Notes under the pieces: model-generated
The model's database searches: none
What the model was told of the DNA's origin: nothing
Seen by the model: the letters and a program-made list of their open reading frames with translations, nothing else
Position numbers and translations under genes: made by a program
Shown: piece after piece, positions 9,434 to 19,816 of the stretch
Layout of the letters: each line of letters opens with the position of its first letter
Numbering within the stretch: the first letter of the stretch is position 1
Assembly: GCA_910585415.1 (NCBI GenBank)
Contig: CAJUDT010000001.1
Coordinates: 42,149 to 106,148 of the forward strand
DNA: 64,000 nucleotides
Direction: 5' to 3'
Origin: an uncultured Flavonifractor sp.
GTDB taxonomy: Bacteria > Bacillota > Clostridia > Oscillospirales > Oscillospiraceae

Positions 9434-9462
9434 ACTATACTATATTATCACGTACTTGTCAA
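9434..9462 (-). promoter_or_regulatory. sigma-A type promoter of the his operon
   Basis: Minus strand reads TTGACA-17 nt-TATAGT. It sits about 40 nt upstream of the hisZ ATG, and AGAGAGGTG serves as the RBS. Confidence 0.55.
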
Positions 9463-9565
9463 GCCGTTCTGTGGAATCCATTCAGCATTTGCTGTCTCCA
9501 TTTATATGGGATAAACAGCGAAGGTTATGCGCATAAGGTGCTGATAAACAGACTATAAAAAGGGT

Positions 9566-10042
9566 TTATATATCTGCCGCTTCTCTGGAATGCTCCAGAT
9601 GAATCCCGATATGCCCGACACCCAGAAGGAACGCCGCACCAAATAAAAACGGATTTTTCCCATAAACCGCCAGCAGCATAAAGGCCAACACAGGCAGAAC
9701 CGCCCCCGCCACCGGAATCCCCAACAGACTGCGGTAAAAATCCCGCATGGTCCGCTGACTGCGAAAATAGCGTATCCAATGGACCTCGTAAAGGGCCATC
9801 GCAAGTCCAGCCGCCGCCAGCCACAGGGCCCATGGAAAGGGTTGGCCCAAGTTGAAATCGGAAAAAATCAGGACAAGGCAGGTGACCAGCACCTGACCAA
9901 CGCGCTCCAGAAGCCGGCAGAGCCTCCGCTCCCGCCCGGCATACTGCGCATAGTCTTGGGGCTGGAGCCTTGTCCAAAACAAATTTGGGACAAACAAAAG
10001 CACCAGCATCAGCGCGCCAATATAAGAGAATCCAATATGCAT
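9566..10042 (-). CDS. polytopic membrane protein of unknown function
   Basis: Start MHIGFSYIGALMLVLLFVPNLFW. About 5 hydrophobic helices by eye. The upstream part of track ORF 9566..10165 overlaps the FAH gene. Confidence 0.6.
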   Translation of the reverse strand: MHIGFSYIGALMLVLLFVPNLFWTRLQPQDYAQYAGRERRLCRLLERVGQVLVTCLVLIFSDFNLGQPFPWALWLAAAGLAMALYEVHWIRYFRSQRTMRDFYRSLLGIPVAGAVLPVLAFMLLAVYGKNPFLFGAAFLLGVGHIGIHLEHSREAADI

Positions 10043-10109
10043 CGGAACACCCCCAATGGAACAGGGCGCACAGTACACCCCAAGGGCATACCGTGCGCCG
10101 TCGCTCACG

Positions 10110-10865
10110 TCATCGAATGTAGTTGCGCAGAGTGCCGATGTCCTGAATCTCCACCTCGACCACATCGCCTGATTTCATGGGTCCCACCCCAGCCGGGGTG
10201 CCGGTGGACACCACGTCGCCGGGCTCCAGGGTCATGGAAGCGGTGATAAAGGCCAGCAGCTCCGGTACGCGGGTCATAAACTGGCTGGTGCGCCCCGCCT
10301 GAACCACCACGCCGTTGAGCCGGGTTTCAATGGACAGGTCTGCCGGGTCCACCTCGTCGGTGAGCACCGGACCTATGGGCGCAAAGCCATCCATGCTCTT
10401 GCCACGGGTCCACTGGCCGTCTCCCTTTTGAATATCCCGCGCCGTCACGTCGTTGAGGCAGGTATAGCCCAGAATGTACCGGCCAAATTCCTCCGGCGGC
10501 ACATTTTTGGCCCGCTGCTTGATAACAAAGGCAAGCTCCCCCTCGTAGTCCAGGCGCTGCACAAAATCCGGGGCCTCCACCGGTCCCTCCGGGTGGTTGA
10601 CCGTGTTGGCGCCCTTCATAAAGAGCATGGGCCGGTCGGGCACGCCCTCCCCCATCTCCACCGCATGGTCGTAGTAATTTTTCCCCACGCAAATCAGCTT
10701 GGCGTGGTCGCCGCAGGGGGCCAGGAGCTGGCAGCTCTCCAAGGGGAGACTCTCCCCGTCGTAGCAGATGCCCGCAAAGGGCTCCCCGGCCAGAGTGCGC
10801 ACCAGCTCGCCCTTGAGCACCCCCCACACGGGCCTTCCGTCCCGCAGCAGTTTTACATATTTCAT
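10110..10865 (-). CDS. fumarylacetoacetate hydrolase family protein
   Basis: GKNYYDHAVEMG, DYEGELAFVI and SLEPGDVVSTGTPAGVG-type motifs are present. The start overlaps the engB stop. Confidence 0.9.
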   Translation of the reverse strand: MKYVKLLRDGRPVWGVLKGELVRTLAGEPFAGICYDGESLPLESCQLLAPCGDHAKLICVGKNYYDHAVEMGEGVPDRPMLFMKGANTVNHPEGPVEAPDFVQRLDYEGELAFVIKQRAKNVPPEEFGRYILGYTCLNDVTARDIQKGDGQWTRGKSMDGFAPIGPVLTDEVDPADLSIETRLNGVVVQAGRTSQFMTRVPELLAFITASMTLEPGDVVSTGTPAGVGPMKSGDVVEVEIQDIGTLRNYIR

Positions 10866-11467
10866 GTCCGTTCCTCCGAATGCTTCAAAATCAGGTCCAG
10901 GAGCTCCTGCTTCCCGTCCCCCTTCTCGGCGGAAAAGGGAACGACCGTGACGGACTCATCCAGCTCCAGTGTCTCCCGAATGCGGGCCAGATTGGGGATG
11001 ATATCGCTCTTTCGGAGCTTGTCCAGTTTGTTGGCCGCCACGGCGAAGGGCCGTCCGCTGGCCTTGAACCACTGGGCCATGGTGCAGTCGTCCGCCGTGG
11101 GCTTGTGGCGGGCGTCCACGAGCATAATGCCCAGGGTCATCAGACCGTTGTCCGCAAACCATTCCTCCATCAGACGGCCCCAGCGCTCCTTTTCCGCCTT
11201 GGAAACCTTGGCGTAGCCGTAGCCGGGCAGGTCCACCAGATAGAATTTTCCGTCAATAAGGAAGTAGTTGATATGGGTGGTCTTGCCCGGCGCGGCCCCC
11301 ACCCGGGCAAAGTTCTTGCGGTTGAGCAGCCGGTTGATAACCGAGGACTTGCCCACGTTGGAGCGGCCCGCAAAGGCCACCTGAGGCAGGCCGTCCCTGG
11401 GAAAATCCCCCGCCTTGGCCGCCGAGCGGACAAATTCCGCCTTTTGCAGATTGACATTCATCATCAA
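10862..11467 (-). CDS. engB: ribosome-biogenesis GTPase YsxC/EngB
   Basis: GRSNVGKSSVINRLL (G1), DLPGYGYA (G3) and NKLDK (G4) are present. It occupies the conserved position downstream of lon. Confidence 0.92.
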   Translation of the reverse strand: MMMNVNLQKAEFVRSAAKAGDFPRDGLPQVAFAGRSNVGKSSVINRLLNRKNFARVGAAPGKTTHINYFLIDGKFYLVDLPGYGYAKVSKAEKERWGRLMEEWFADNGLMTLGIMLVDARHKPTADDCTMAQWFKASGRPFAVAANKLDKLRKSDIIPNLARIRETLELDESVTVVPFSAEKGDGKQELLDLILKHSEERT

Positions 11468-11482
11468 GCGCTCCCTTCCCGC

Positions 11483-13885
11483 CTACTGGCGCAGACTGGG
11501 CAGCCCCTGTCCCTGAACGGGCTGCTCATAGGGGCGCACCGGCGTACACTCCTGCTCCACCAGCCCCATCGACAGGGCCTCGGACAGCACCGCGTCCACC
11601 TGCTCCACCGGGATAAAGTGCAGGGCGGAGCGGACAGTTGGATCGATTTCCTCCAAATCCTTCCGGTTCTCCGCCGGAAGGATTACCGTTTTCATCCCGC
11701 TGCGGTAAGCGGCCATGGTTTTTTCTTTCAGACCGCCGATGGGCAGCACCCTGCCCCGCAGTGTGACCTCTCCGGTCATGGCAATCTCCCGCCGGACGGG
11801 GGTGTTGGTCAGGGCGGAAACCATCGCCGTGGTAATGGCAATGCCCGCTGAGGGCCCGTCCTTGGGTACCGCCCCTTCGGGGAAATGAACGTGTATATCC
11901 TTGGTCTTATAAAACTCCGCCTCCACCCCCAGTTGGGCGGCGCGGCTGCGGATAAAGGACAGGGCCGCGTGGGCGGACTCCTTCATCACGTCCCCCAGGT
12001 TGCCGGTGAGCTCAATCTTCCCGGTGCCGGGGACCACGTTGACCTCCACCTCCAGCAGCTCTCCCCCTACACTGGTCCAGGCCAGGCCGTTGACCACGCC
12101 CACCTGTTCGCCTCGGGGCAGGCGCTCCGGGTGATAGCGGCGGACGCCCAAAAATTCCTCCAGGCTGTCGCCGGTCACATGGATGGATTTCACCTTGCCC
12201 TCCACCAGCTTCATTGCGGCCTTCCGGCACAGAGCGGCCAGCTTGCGTTCCAGCACCCGCACCCCGGCCTCCCGGGTATACCCCCGGATAATCTCCCGGA
12301 TGGCGTCGTCGGTGAGCTTCAGTTGAGCCGCCTTGAGGCCGTGGCGCTTGCGCTCCTTGGGCAGCAGGTGTCCCTTGGCGATTTGCAGCTTTTCCTCGTC
12401 GGTGTAGCTGGTCAACTCAATGACCTCCATCCGGTCCAACAGGGGCCGGGGAATAGTGTCCGTGGTGTTGGCGGTGGTGACGAAGAGTACGTCGGACAAA
12501 TCGAAGGGCAGCTCCAAAAAATGGTCCCGGAAGCTGCCGTTCTGCTCGGCATCCAGAACCTCCAACAGCGCCGAGGATGGATCCCCCCGGTGGTCGCTGC
12601 CCAGCTTGTCAATTTCATCCAGCAGCAGCAGCGGGTTGCGGCTCTTGGCCTGCCGGACGGCCTCAATAATCCGGCCGGGCATCGCCCCCACGTAGGTCTT
12701 GCGGTGGCCGCGAATCTCCGCCTCGTCGTGGACCCCTCCCAGGGAGAGCCGCCCAAGATTCCGGTGCAGGGCTCTGGCCATACTCATGGCAATGGAGGTC
12801 TTGCCCACCCCCGGCGGGCCCACCAGACAGATAATCTGCCCCTTCAAATCCGGGGCCAGCTGCTTGACCGCCAAAAACTCCAAAATGCGCTCCTTGACCT
12901 TTTCCAGGCCATAATGGTCGGCGTCCAAGACCTTACGGGCGGCGGCCACGTCCACCCGCTCCCGGGTCTTTTTCTCCCAGGGCAGCTCCAAACACACGTC
13001 CAGATAGTTGCGCAGCACTCCCGCCTCGGCGGAGCCGTAGGGCTGCTTTTCCAGCCGCCCCAGCTCCTTCAGGAGCTTTTCCTCTACCGGCTTGGGCAGC
13101 TTGGCCTGGGCAATCTTTTGGCGGTATTCAAAAATCTCGCCGTCGCCGTTGGGGTCCTCCCCCAGCTCCTGCTGGAGGACCTTTAGCTGTTCCCGAAGCA
13201 CATAGTCCCGCTGGCTCCGGGTAATCTGTTCCCGGACCTTCCCCCGCATCTCCTGCTCCAGCTCCAAAATCTCCACCTCCCGGCGGAGGGTGCGGCACAG
13301 CTTGTTTAAGCGGCGCACGGGGTTGAGCTCTTCCAAAACCGACTGCTTGTCCCCGGTGCGCATGGCCACATTCTGGGCCATATAGTCGGCGATGTAGCCG
13401 GGGTCCTCGCTGGTGAGCATGGGAATGAGGATATCCGGAGTCATCCGGTGGGACAGGTCCACGTACTGCTCAAACAGCTCATAGCTCTGCCGGACCAGGG
13501 CCTCGGTGCGGGCGGAGCGGCCCACCGGCCCGTCCGGCGGAATTTCCTCCACCTGGACCAGCAAATAGGGGTCCGACTGGGAAACCCCCAGTAATTGCCC
13601 CCGGCTGACCCCCTCCACCATGGCCCGCACGCTCTCCCCCGGCAGGCGGAGCAGCTGGCGCACGTTGCACACGGTCCCGATGGTGTACAGGTCCTCCTCC
13701 TCGGGGCGCTCCACCTCCAGCTCCCGCTGGGTGACCAGAAAGACTGGCTGACTGGTGGTCATGGCCTCATCCAGGGCCTTGATGGATTCCTCCCGGCCCA
13801 CGTCGAAATGGAGCAGCATATTGGGAAATACGGTCAGGCCCCGCAGGGCCACGGCCGGCATGGTGACGGCTGGTTCGTTCTGCAT
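11483..13885 (-). CDS. lon: ATP-dependent Lon protease (LonA)
   Basis: Lon N-domain, Walker [10 protein letters not shown], and catalytic [20 protein letters not shown] preferred the ATG at 13885 (AAGGA about 8 nt upstream) over the track start at 13897. Confidence 0.95.
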   Translation of the reverse strand: MQNEPAVTMPAVALRGLTVFPNMLLHFDVGREESIKALDEAMTTSQPVFLVTQRELEVERPEEEDLYTIGTVCNVRQLLRLPGESVRAMVEGVSRGQLLGVSQSDPYLLVQVEEIPPDGPVGRSARTEALVRQSYELFEQYVDLSHRMTPDILIPMLTSEDPGYIADYMAQNVAMRTGDKQSVLEELNPVRRLNKLCRTLRREVEILELEQEMRGKVREQITRSQRDYVLREQLKVLQQELGEDPNGDGEIFEYRQKIAQAKLPKPVEEKLLKELGRLEKQPYGSAEAGVLRNYLDVCLELPWEKKTRERVDVAAARKVLDADHYGLEKVKERILEFLAVKQLAPDLKGQIICLVGPPGVGKTSIAMSMARALHRNLGRLSLGGVHDEAEIRGHRKTYVGAMPGRIIEAVRQAKSRNPLLLLDEIDKLGSDHRGDPSSALLEVLDAEQNGSFRDHFLELPFDLSDVLFVTTANTTDTIPRPLLDRMEVIELTSYTDEEKLQIAKGHLLPKERKRHGLKAAQLKLTDDAIREIIRGYTREAGVRVLERKLAALCRKAAMKLVEGKVKSIHVTGDSLEEFLGVRRYHPERLPRGEQVGVVNGLAWTSVGGELLEVEVNVVPGTGKIELTGNLGDVMKESAHAALSFIRSRAAQLGVEAEFYKTKDIHVHFPEGAVPKDGPSAGIAITTAMVSALTNTPVRREIAMTGEVTLRGRVLPIGGLKEKTMAAYRSGMKTVILPAENRKDLEEIDPTVRSALHFIPVEQVDAVLSEALSMGLVEQECTPVRPYEQPVQGQGLPSLRQ

Positions 13886-13937
13886 CAAATCACACATCCT
13901 TTGCCGGATTGGAGGTCAAGCCCCCCAATGTTCTCAT

Positions 13938-13967
13938 GAAAACGGGGCGGGAGACTTCCCCCGCCCC
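13938..13967 (-). terminator. rho-independent terminator after clpX
   Basis: Minus strand reads GGGGCGGG-ggaagtct-CCCGCCCC followed by GTTTTC. Confidence 0.55.
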
Positions 13968-13978
13968 GCAGTGGTGTA

Positions 13979-15292
13979 TCAGGATACGTTCCCCCGGACT
14001 GCGCCGCCCCGCTCCGCACGCAGGGAGGCCCCGCCCAGACGGGGGCGCTGGGTGCGCTCTGGATCGTGGGTGATAGCCGGCTCGGCCAGGTCCCGGACGC
14101 TCTCCGGCGTAATGGTCACCTTGGTGATGGTGGGGTCGGAAGGCACGTCGTACATGAGCTGGTTCATGACTTCCTCCAGCACCGCCCGCAGGCCGCGGGC
14201 GCCGATGCCCCGGTCGATGGCCTTTTTGGCGGCTTCCTCCAGGGCGGCCGTCTCAAAGTCCAGCTCCACCATGTCATATTCCAGCAGCTTTTGATACTGC
14301 TTCACCAGGGCGTTTTTGGGCTCGGTGAGAATGCGCACCAGCTGCTCCTGGTCCAGGGCGCTCAGGGTGGTAATCACCGGCAGACGGCCCACCAGCTCCG
14401 GAATGATACCGAATTTCAGCAGGTCATGGGGCTGCACCTGCTTCAAAATCGAGGCGGTGTTCCGCTCCTTCTTGCTCTGAATGTCCGCGCCGAAGCCGAT
14501 GGTCTTTTTGTCCAGGCGCTGTTCGATGATTTTCTCCATGCCGTCAAAGGCGCCGCCGCAGATGAACAGGATATTCTTGGTGTCAATCTGGATAAACTCC
14601 TGATGGGGATGCTTCCGCCCGCCCTGGGGGGGGACGTTGGCTACGGTGCCCTCCAGGATTTTCAGCAGGGCCTGCTGCACGCCCTCGCCGGATACGTCCC
14701 GGGTGATGGAGGTGTTTTCACTCTTGCGGGCAATCTTGTCAATCTCGTCCACATAGATGATGCCCCGCTCCGCCAGCTCCACATCGAAGTCGGCGGCCTG
14801 GACCAGGCGCAGGAGGATGTTCTCCACATCGTCGCCCACATAGCCCGCCTCGGTGAGGGTGGTGGCGTCGGCAATGGCAAAGGGAACCTTCAGAATCCGG
14901 GCCAGGGTCTGAGCGAACAGGGTCTTGCCGCAGCCCGTGGGACCCATGAGCAGGATGTTGCTCTTTTGAAGCTCCACATCCTCCCCGCCGCCGAAGTAGA
15001 TGCGTTTATAGTGGTTGTACACCGCCACGGACAGGGCCACCTTGGCGTCCTCCTGGCCAATGATATATTGGTCCAGTACATTGCGAATCTCCCGGGGCGT
15101 GGGAATCACGTCGGGAATGTCCGGGTCCAGGTGTTCCTCCGGGTCGTAGGTGTCGTCCAGAATGCTCATGCACAGGTGGACGCACTCGTTGCAGATATAA
15201 GCGCCCGGCCCCGCGATGATGCGGGAGACCTGCTCCTGGTGCTTGCCGCAGAAGGAACAGCGGATGCTCTTTCGTTCGTCGTTTTTCGGCAT
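13979..15292 (-). CDS. clpX: ATP-dependent Clp protease ATP-binding subunit ClpX
   Basis: Zinc-binding CSFCGK..CNEC, Walker A GPTGCGKT, and IYVDEIDK. I preferred the ATG at 15292 (GAGGGA 6 nt upstream) over the TTG at 15298. Confidence 0.95.
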   Translation of the reverse strand: MPKNDERKSIRCSFCGKHQEQVSRIIAGPGAYICNECVHLCMSILDDTYDPEEHLDPDIPDVIPTPREIRNVLDQYIIGQEDAKVALSVAVYNHYKRIYFGGGEDVELQKSNILLMGPTGCGKTLFAQTLARILKVPFAIADATTLTEAGYVGDDVENILLRLVQAADFDVELAERGIIYVDEIDKIARKSENTSITRDVSGEGVQQALLKILEGTVANVPPQGGRKHPHQEFIQIDTKNILFICGGAFDGMEKIIEQRLDKKTIGFGADIQSKKERNTASILKQVQPHDLLKFGIIPELVGRLPVITTLSALDQEQLVRILTEPKNALVKQYQKLLEYDMVELDFETAALEEAAKKAIDRGIGARGLRAVLEEVMNQLMYDVPSDPTITKVTITPESVRDLAEPAITHDPERTQRPRLGGASLRAERGGAVRGNVS

Positions 15293-15391
15293 ATTCAATC
15301 CCTCAACTCACTGGCCGGGCTGGCCCCGGCAATCACTTTGTAAACGCACTCCAGGGGAGCGCCGCCGGACAGGCCCGCTCCCCCTTATGTC

Positions 15392-15973
15392 TTACCGCTG
15401 ATAGATCACCTTGTCAATGAGGCCGTACTCCTTGGCCTCCTCGGCGGACATGAAATTGTCCCGTTCACAGTCTGCGGTGACCACCTCCAGGGGCTTTCCG
15501 GTGTTCTCGGAGAGAATGTGGTTCATCCGCTTCTTGATGACCTCCAGGCGTTTGAGGTGGATGGCCATATCGGTAATCTGGCCCTGGGTGCCGGCGGAGG
15601 GCTGGTGAATCATAATCTCCGCGTTGGGCAGGGCCAGCCGCTTGCCCTTGGCCCCGGAGGAAAGCAGGAAGGCCCCCATGCTGGCCGCCATGCCGATGCA
15701 GATGGTGGACACGTCGCACTTGACATACTGCATGGTATCATAGATGGCCATGCCGTCGGTGACAGAGCCGCCGGGGCTGTTGATGTAGAATTGAATTTCC
15801 TTATCCGGGTCCTGTGCCTCCAGATACAGCAGCTGGGCCACCACCAGGCTGGCCGTGGTGGCGTTGACCTCCTCGCCCAAAAAGACGATGCGGTCGTTGA
15901 GCAGGCGGGAAAAGATGTCGTAGGAACGCTCTCCCCGGTTGGTCTGTTCAACTACGTAGGGAACTAAGCTCAT
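15392..15973 (-). CDS. clpP: ATP-dependent Clp protease proteolytic subunit
   Basis: [22 protein letters not shown] (catalytic Ser) and MIHQPS (His). Confidence 0.97.
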   Translation of the reverse strand: MSLVPYVVEQTNRGERSYDIFSRLLNDRIVFLGEEVNATTASLVVAQLLYLEAQDPDKEIQFYINSPGGSVTDGMAIYDTMQYVKCDVSTICIGMAASMGAFLLSSGAKGKRLALPNAEIMIHQPSAGTQGQITDMAIHLKRLEVIKKRMNHILSENTGKPLEVVTADCERDNFMSAEEAKEYGLIDKVIYQR

Positions 15974-16088
15974 GGTGTATGGATCTCCTTTGTTTTGATG
16001 TTGGGGGCCGGTACATGCCGCCCGGCCCCGGACCTCCCGCTCCCAGGCAGGCAGTCTCTCTCCAACAGTATGCCCACTCTATGGGAAC

Positions 16089-17531
16089 TTATTCCTCCGT
16101 CTTGGCCTCGCCGGCCTCATCCTCGGTCTTTTTGACGGTGCGCTTCCGGGTGGTCTTTTTGGGCTTCTCCTCGCCGTCGGCGGCCTCATCCTCGGCCTTC
16201 TTGCGGGCACGCTTGGGCTTTTCCTCCGCCTCGGCAGGGGCTTCCTCCTTCACCGGGGCCTCCCCCACCTTGCCGCTCTCGTAAATAAGCTTCTCGGCCT
16301 TCTGGCTGGCCAGCTCCACCCGCACGTCCTTCTCGGGCACGCCCTTCTTGACTTCCTCCAGGCTGACACTGTATTCCTCGCTCATGCGCTGGTACTCGGC
16401 CTCCAGCTCCTCGTCGGAAACCTGGATATTCTCGGCGGCGGCTACGGCATCCAGAGCCAGCTCCCGGCGAATCTGCGCGGTGGCGGCCTCGGCGGCCTGG
16501 AGGCGCATGGCGTTCATATCCGTGCCGGTCATGGCAAGATACTGCTCAAAGGGAATGCCCTGAGAGGTGATGCGGCGGGCCATGTTGTCCACCAGATTGT
16601 CCGCCCGATACTCCACCATGGGGTCGGGGATGTCCACCTGCATGTTGTCCATGACCTGCTCCATCAGGGCGTGCTCGAACTCGTGCTGGGCCTGGGACTC
16701 CCGGCGCTCCTTGAGCTTGGCGGCCAAATCGTTTTTGAACTCTTCCAGAGTCTCGAACTCAGAAACGTCCTTGGCGAACTCGTCGTCCACCGTGGGCAGC
16801 TGCTTCTCCTTGACCTCATGGACCTTGACCTGGAAGACCACGGCCGCACCGGCCAGACCCTCATGGTACTCCTCGGGGAAGGTAATATCCAAGGCTTTTT
16901 CGTCGCCGGCCTTGGTTCCCACCAGCTGCTCCTCGAAGCCGGGAACAAAGGAGCCGGAGCCCAGCTCCAGGGAGTGGCCCTCCGCCTTGCCGCCCTCGAA
17001 GGGCTCGCCGTCCTTAAAGCCTTCGAAGTCGATGACCACGGTGTCGCCGTTCTGGGCCTCCCGCTCCACCGTGACCATGCGGGTGGCGCGGCTGATGAAG
17101 GGCTTGAGCTCGTTCTCAATGTCCTCGGCAGTGACCTCGGCGGCGTTCTTGGGGGCGCTGAGGCCCTTATACTCGCCCAGAGTGGCGGTGGGACGGGTGG
17201 TAACGGTGGCCTTGAAGGTCAGACCCTCCTTGCCCACGTCCTGAATCTCAATCTTGGGCCAGGCGACCACGTCCAGGTTTTCCTGCTCCACGGCCTCGCT
17301 GTAGGCCTTGGGATAGACCTCGTTCACGGCGTCCTCGTAGAAGATGCCGGTGCCGTACATGCTCTCGATAATCTTTCGGGGGGCCTTGCCCTTACGGAAG
17401 CCGGGGACAGAGATGCCGCCCCGCTTTTTCTTGTATACCTGTTCGACGGCGGCCTCAAATTCCTCCTGGCCCACCTCGATAACCAGTTCAACGGTACACT
17501 TTTCCTGCTTTTCCACACTCTTGACGTTCAT
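16089..17531 (-). CDS. tig: trigger factor with a ~60-aa K/E-rich C-terminal tail
   Basis: Start MNVKSVEKQEK at 17531 (GGAGGAAAAAACAAC upstream). Ribosome-binding motif GFRKGKAP, FKBP-type PPIase domain, and the canonical tig-clpP-clpX-lon order. Confidence 0.93.
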   Translation of the reverse strand: MNVKSVEKQEKCTVELVIEVGQEEFEAAVEQVYKKKRGGISVPGFRKGKAPRKIIESMYGTGIFYEDAVNEVYPKAYSEAVEQENLDVVAWPKIEIQDVGKEGLTFKATVTTRPTATLGEYKGLSAPKNAAEVTAEDIENELKPFISRATRMVTVEREAQNGDTVVIDFEGFKDGEPFEGGKAEGHSLELGSGSFVPGFEEQLVGTKAGDEKALDITFPEEYHEGLAGAAVVFQVKVHEVKEKQLPTVDDEFAKDVSEFETLEEFKNDLAAKLKERRESQAQHEFEHALMEQVMDNMQVDIPDPMVEYRADNLVDNMARRITSQGIPFEQYLAMTGTDMNAMRLQAAEAATAQIRRELALDAVAAAENIQVSDEELEAEYQRMSEEYSVSLEEVKKGVPEKDVRVELASQKAEKLIYESGKVGEAPVKEEAPAEAEEKPKRARKKAEDEAADGEEKPKKTTRKRTVKKTEDEAGEAKTEE

Positions 17532-17649
17532 GTTGTTTTTTCCTCCTGTCAGCCCAGTTTCGCCCTCCCAGGGGCGCGCGCGGGCGCTCATTCGCGTTAT
17601 CCGTCTTATAGTACCAGATATGGCGAGAAATTTCCATACCTTTTTTCAA

Positions 17650-18327
17650 TTATCCGCAGATTTTTTGCGGACGGAAGCCGAGATAATCGGCGGCCACCAG
17701 ATGATAGTCCACCTGACCATACCGTCCCTCCACCGCCAGACGGTGGCTTCCCCCGTGGAGGTGGCCGTAAAAGCACCGCTCCACGCCGTAGCGCTCCAGC
17801 AGCTCGATAATCTCCCGGCACACATACCCCTGATAGCAGGGCGGGTAGTGGAGGAAGCACAGCTTGGGCCGCTCCCCCGCCGCCTTCAGGGAGGCCTCCA
17901 GCCGGATGAGCTCCCGCCGGAACACCTTCTGGTCCCCGGTTTCCTCATAGAACCATCCGCGGGTGCCGCACAGGGCGTACGCCCCATATTCATAACAGTT
18001 GTTATGCAGGATGTTCAGGGACGCAAAGCCGTTCTCCTGGAAAAAGCGGTTCATCTTGGCGGCGGTGTTCCACCAATAGTCGTGGTTGCCCTTGAGCATG
18101 AGCTTCCGTCCCGGCAGGCTGTTCAAAAAGGCAAAATCCTCCCGCCCTTCCTCCAGCCCCATGGCCCAGGACAAATCCCCGCAGAGTACCACGGTGTCTC
18201 CATCCTCCACCTGGGCAAAGCCCTCCCGCAGCTTGTCCACGTACCCCTCCCAGCCGCCGCCGAACACATCCATGGGTTTGTCCGAGGCTAGGGAGAGGTG
18301 GGTGTCTCCAATTGCGTACAGCGCCAT
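17650..18327 (-). CDS. metallophosphoesterase family protein
   Basis: AIGDTHL, CGDLS and GNHDYWW metallophosphatase motifs. Confidence 0.8.
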   Translation of the reverse strand: MALYAIGDTHLSLASDKPMDVFGGGWEGYVDKLREGFAQVEDGDTVVLCGDLSWAMGLEEGREDFAFLNSLPGRKLMLKGNHDYWWNTAAKMNRFFQENGFASLNILHNNCYEYGAYALCGTRGWFYEETGDQKVFRRELIRLEASLKAAGERPKLCFLHYPPCYQGYVCREIIELLERYGVERCFYGHLHGGSHRLAVEGRYGQVDYHLVAADYLGFRPQKICG

Positions 18328-18328
18328 G

Positions 18329-19816
18329 TTACCGCAGCATCTCCAAAACCTGCTCCACCATGCGCTCCTTCTCGGTGCTCTGGGTAAAGCGGACGGTTTT
18401 GTCCTTCAGCGCCGCCAGAGGGGCGGGGGCGGGCACGCCGGTTACCTGGGAGAGCTGGTCAATGAGCTCTGTCCCCTGGGCCAGCCGGTTCTCTCCCAGG
18501 GCCTCCAGCACACTGTCGCAGAACTTGAAGGGGCTGGCGGTGGAGACGACCAGGGTGGGTGTCTCGTCCCCCGTCTCCCGGCGGTACTGGTCCAGCACGT
18601 CAAAGGCCACGGCGGTGTGGGGGTCGATCAGGTAGCGGTGCTCCTTCCACATGCGGCCAATGACCGCCTTGGTCTGGGTATCGTCGCAGTACCCGGCGGA
18701 GAACACGCGGGCCAGCTTGTCCTTGAGCTTCTCCCCCACATGGTATTGTCCCGTCCGGCCCAGCTGGGCCATGTAGGACTTCACCTGCCCGTCGTCCTGC
18801 CCGGTGAGGGCGAAGAGCAGCCGTTCCAGATTGGAGGAAATCAGGATATCCATGGAGGGAGACAGGGTGTTATAGAAGGTGCGGTTGCGGTCATAGATGC
18901 CGGTACGGAGAAAATCGGTCAGCACGTTGTTGGAATTGGACGCACAGATCAGCCGCTCAATGGGCACTCCCATCTCCCGGGCGTAGTAGGCCGCCAGGAT
19001 GTTGCCAAAATTGCCCGTGGGCACGCAGACGTTGATTTTATCCCCGTTCTGAATGGCCTCATCCCGGAGCAGGTCGCAGTAGGCGGACACATAATAGACA
19101 ATCTGCGGCAGTACCCGCCCCCAGTTGATGGAGTTGGCCGAGGACAGGAAGAAGCCCCGCTGGGCCAGCTGGTCCCGCAGGTTTTCATCGGTGAAGAGCT
19201 GCTTCACCCCGGTTTGGGCGTCGTCAAAGTTGCCCGCCACCGAGCAGACCCCCACATTATTCCCCTCCTGGGTGACCATCTGAAGCTGCTGAACGGCGGA
19301 CACCCCGTCCTTGGGGTAAAAGACCAAAATACGGGTCTTGTCCACATCCCGAAAACCCTCCAGCGCGGCCTTGCCCGTGTCCCCGGAGGTGGCCACCAGA
19401 ATGCACACCGTCTTTTCCTCCTGGTTCTTCACCAGGGAGGCGGACAGCAGATGGGGCAGCATTTGCAGGGCCATATCTTTGAACGCGCAGGTGGGCCCGT
19501 GCCAGAGCTCCAGACAATGGGTGTTCCCATCCACCCGCCGGACGGGGGCCACCTCCTTGGCGTCGAACTTCCCGCCGCCGTAGGCCTTGGCCGCAAAGGA
19601 AGACAGCTCGGATGAGGTAAAGTCGTCCAGGTAGGCATTCATCACATAGACCGCCCGCTGCTGATAGGACATGTCCCGCATGGAGCCCAAAGCATTCTTG
19701 GACAGCTTGGGCAGCACCTCCGGGGTCATCAGTCCCCCGTCCACCGCCAGCCCGCGGGCAATGGCCTGGGCGGCGGTGCTTTTGTCTCCTTTATTTCTTG
19801 TGCTTACATAGTACAT
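18329..19816 (-). CDS. thrC: threonine synthase (long form)
   Basis: WHGPTCAFKDMALQ (PLP lysine), ATSGDTGKAA and PTGNFGN. Confidence 0.92.
   Translation of the reverse strand: MYYVSTRNKGDKSTAAQAIARGLAVDGGLMTPEVLPKLSKNALGSMRDMSYQQRAVYVMNAYLDDFTSSELSSFAAKAYGGGKFDAKEVAPVRRVDGNTHCLELWHGPTCAFKDMALQMLPHLLSASLVKNQEEKTVCILVATSGDTGKAALEGFRDVDKTRILVFYPKDGVSAVQQLQMVTQEGNNVGVCSVAGNFDDAQTGVKQLFTDENLRDQLAQRGFFLSSANSINWGRVLPQIVYYVSAYCDLLRDEAIQNGDKINVCVPTGNFGNILAAYYAREMGVPIERLICASNSNNVLTDFLRTGIYDRNRTFYNTLSPSMDILISSNLERLLFALTGQDDGQVKSYMAQLGRTGQYHVGEKLKDKLARVFSAGYCDDTQTKAVIGRMWKEHRYLIDPHTAVAFDVLDQYRRETGDETPTLVVSTASPFKFCDSVLEALGENRLAQGTELIDQLSQVTGVPAPAPLAALKDKTVRFTQSTEKERMVEQVLEMLR

Noticed and set aside
9395-9565. 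Possible T-box or attenuator leader for the his operon.
   Set aside because: The promoter-like element leaves only about 40 nt of leader. There is no specifier-loop/T-box sequence (AGGGTGGNACCGCG-like) and no His-codon-rich leader peptide.
15974-16088. Possible CtsR operator or heat-shock control upstream of clpP.
   Set aside because: No GGTCAAA direct repeat or CIRCE-like inverted repeat is present. There is only a GC hairpin that looks like a weak terminator after tig.
18086-19615. 509-aa + strand ORF.
   Set aside because: It is antisense to thrC and the phosphoesterase gene, with no motifs and shadow-ORF composition.
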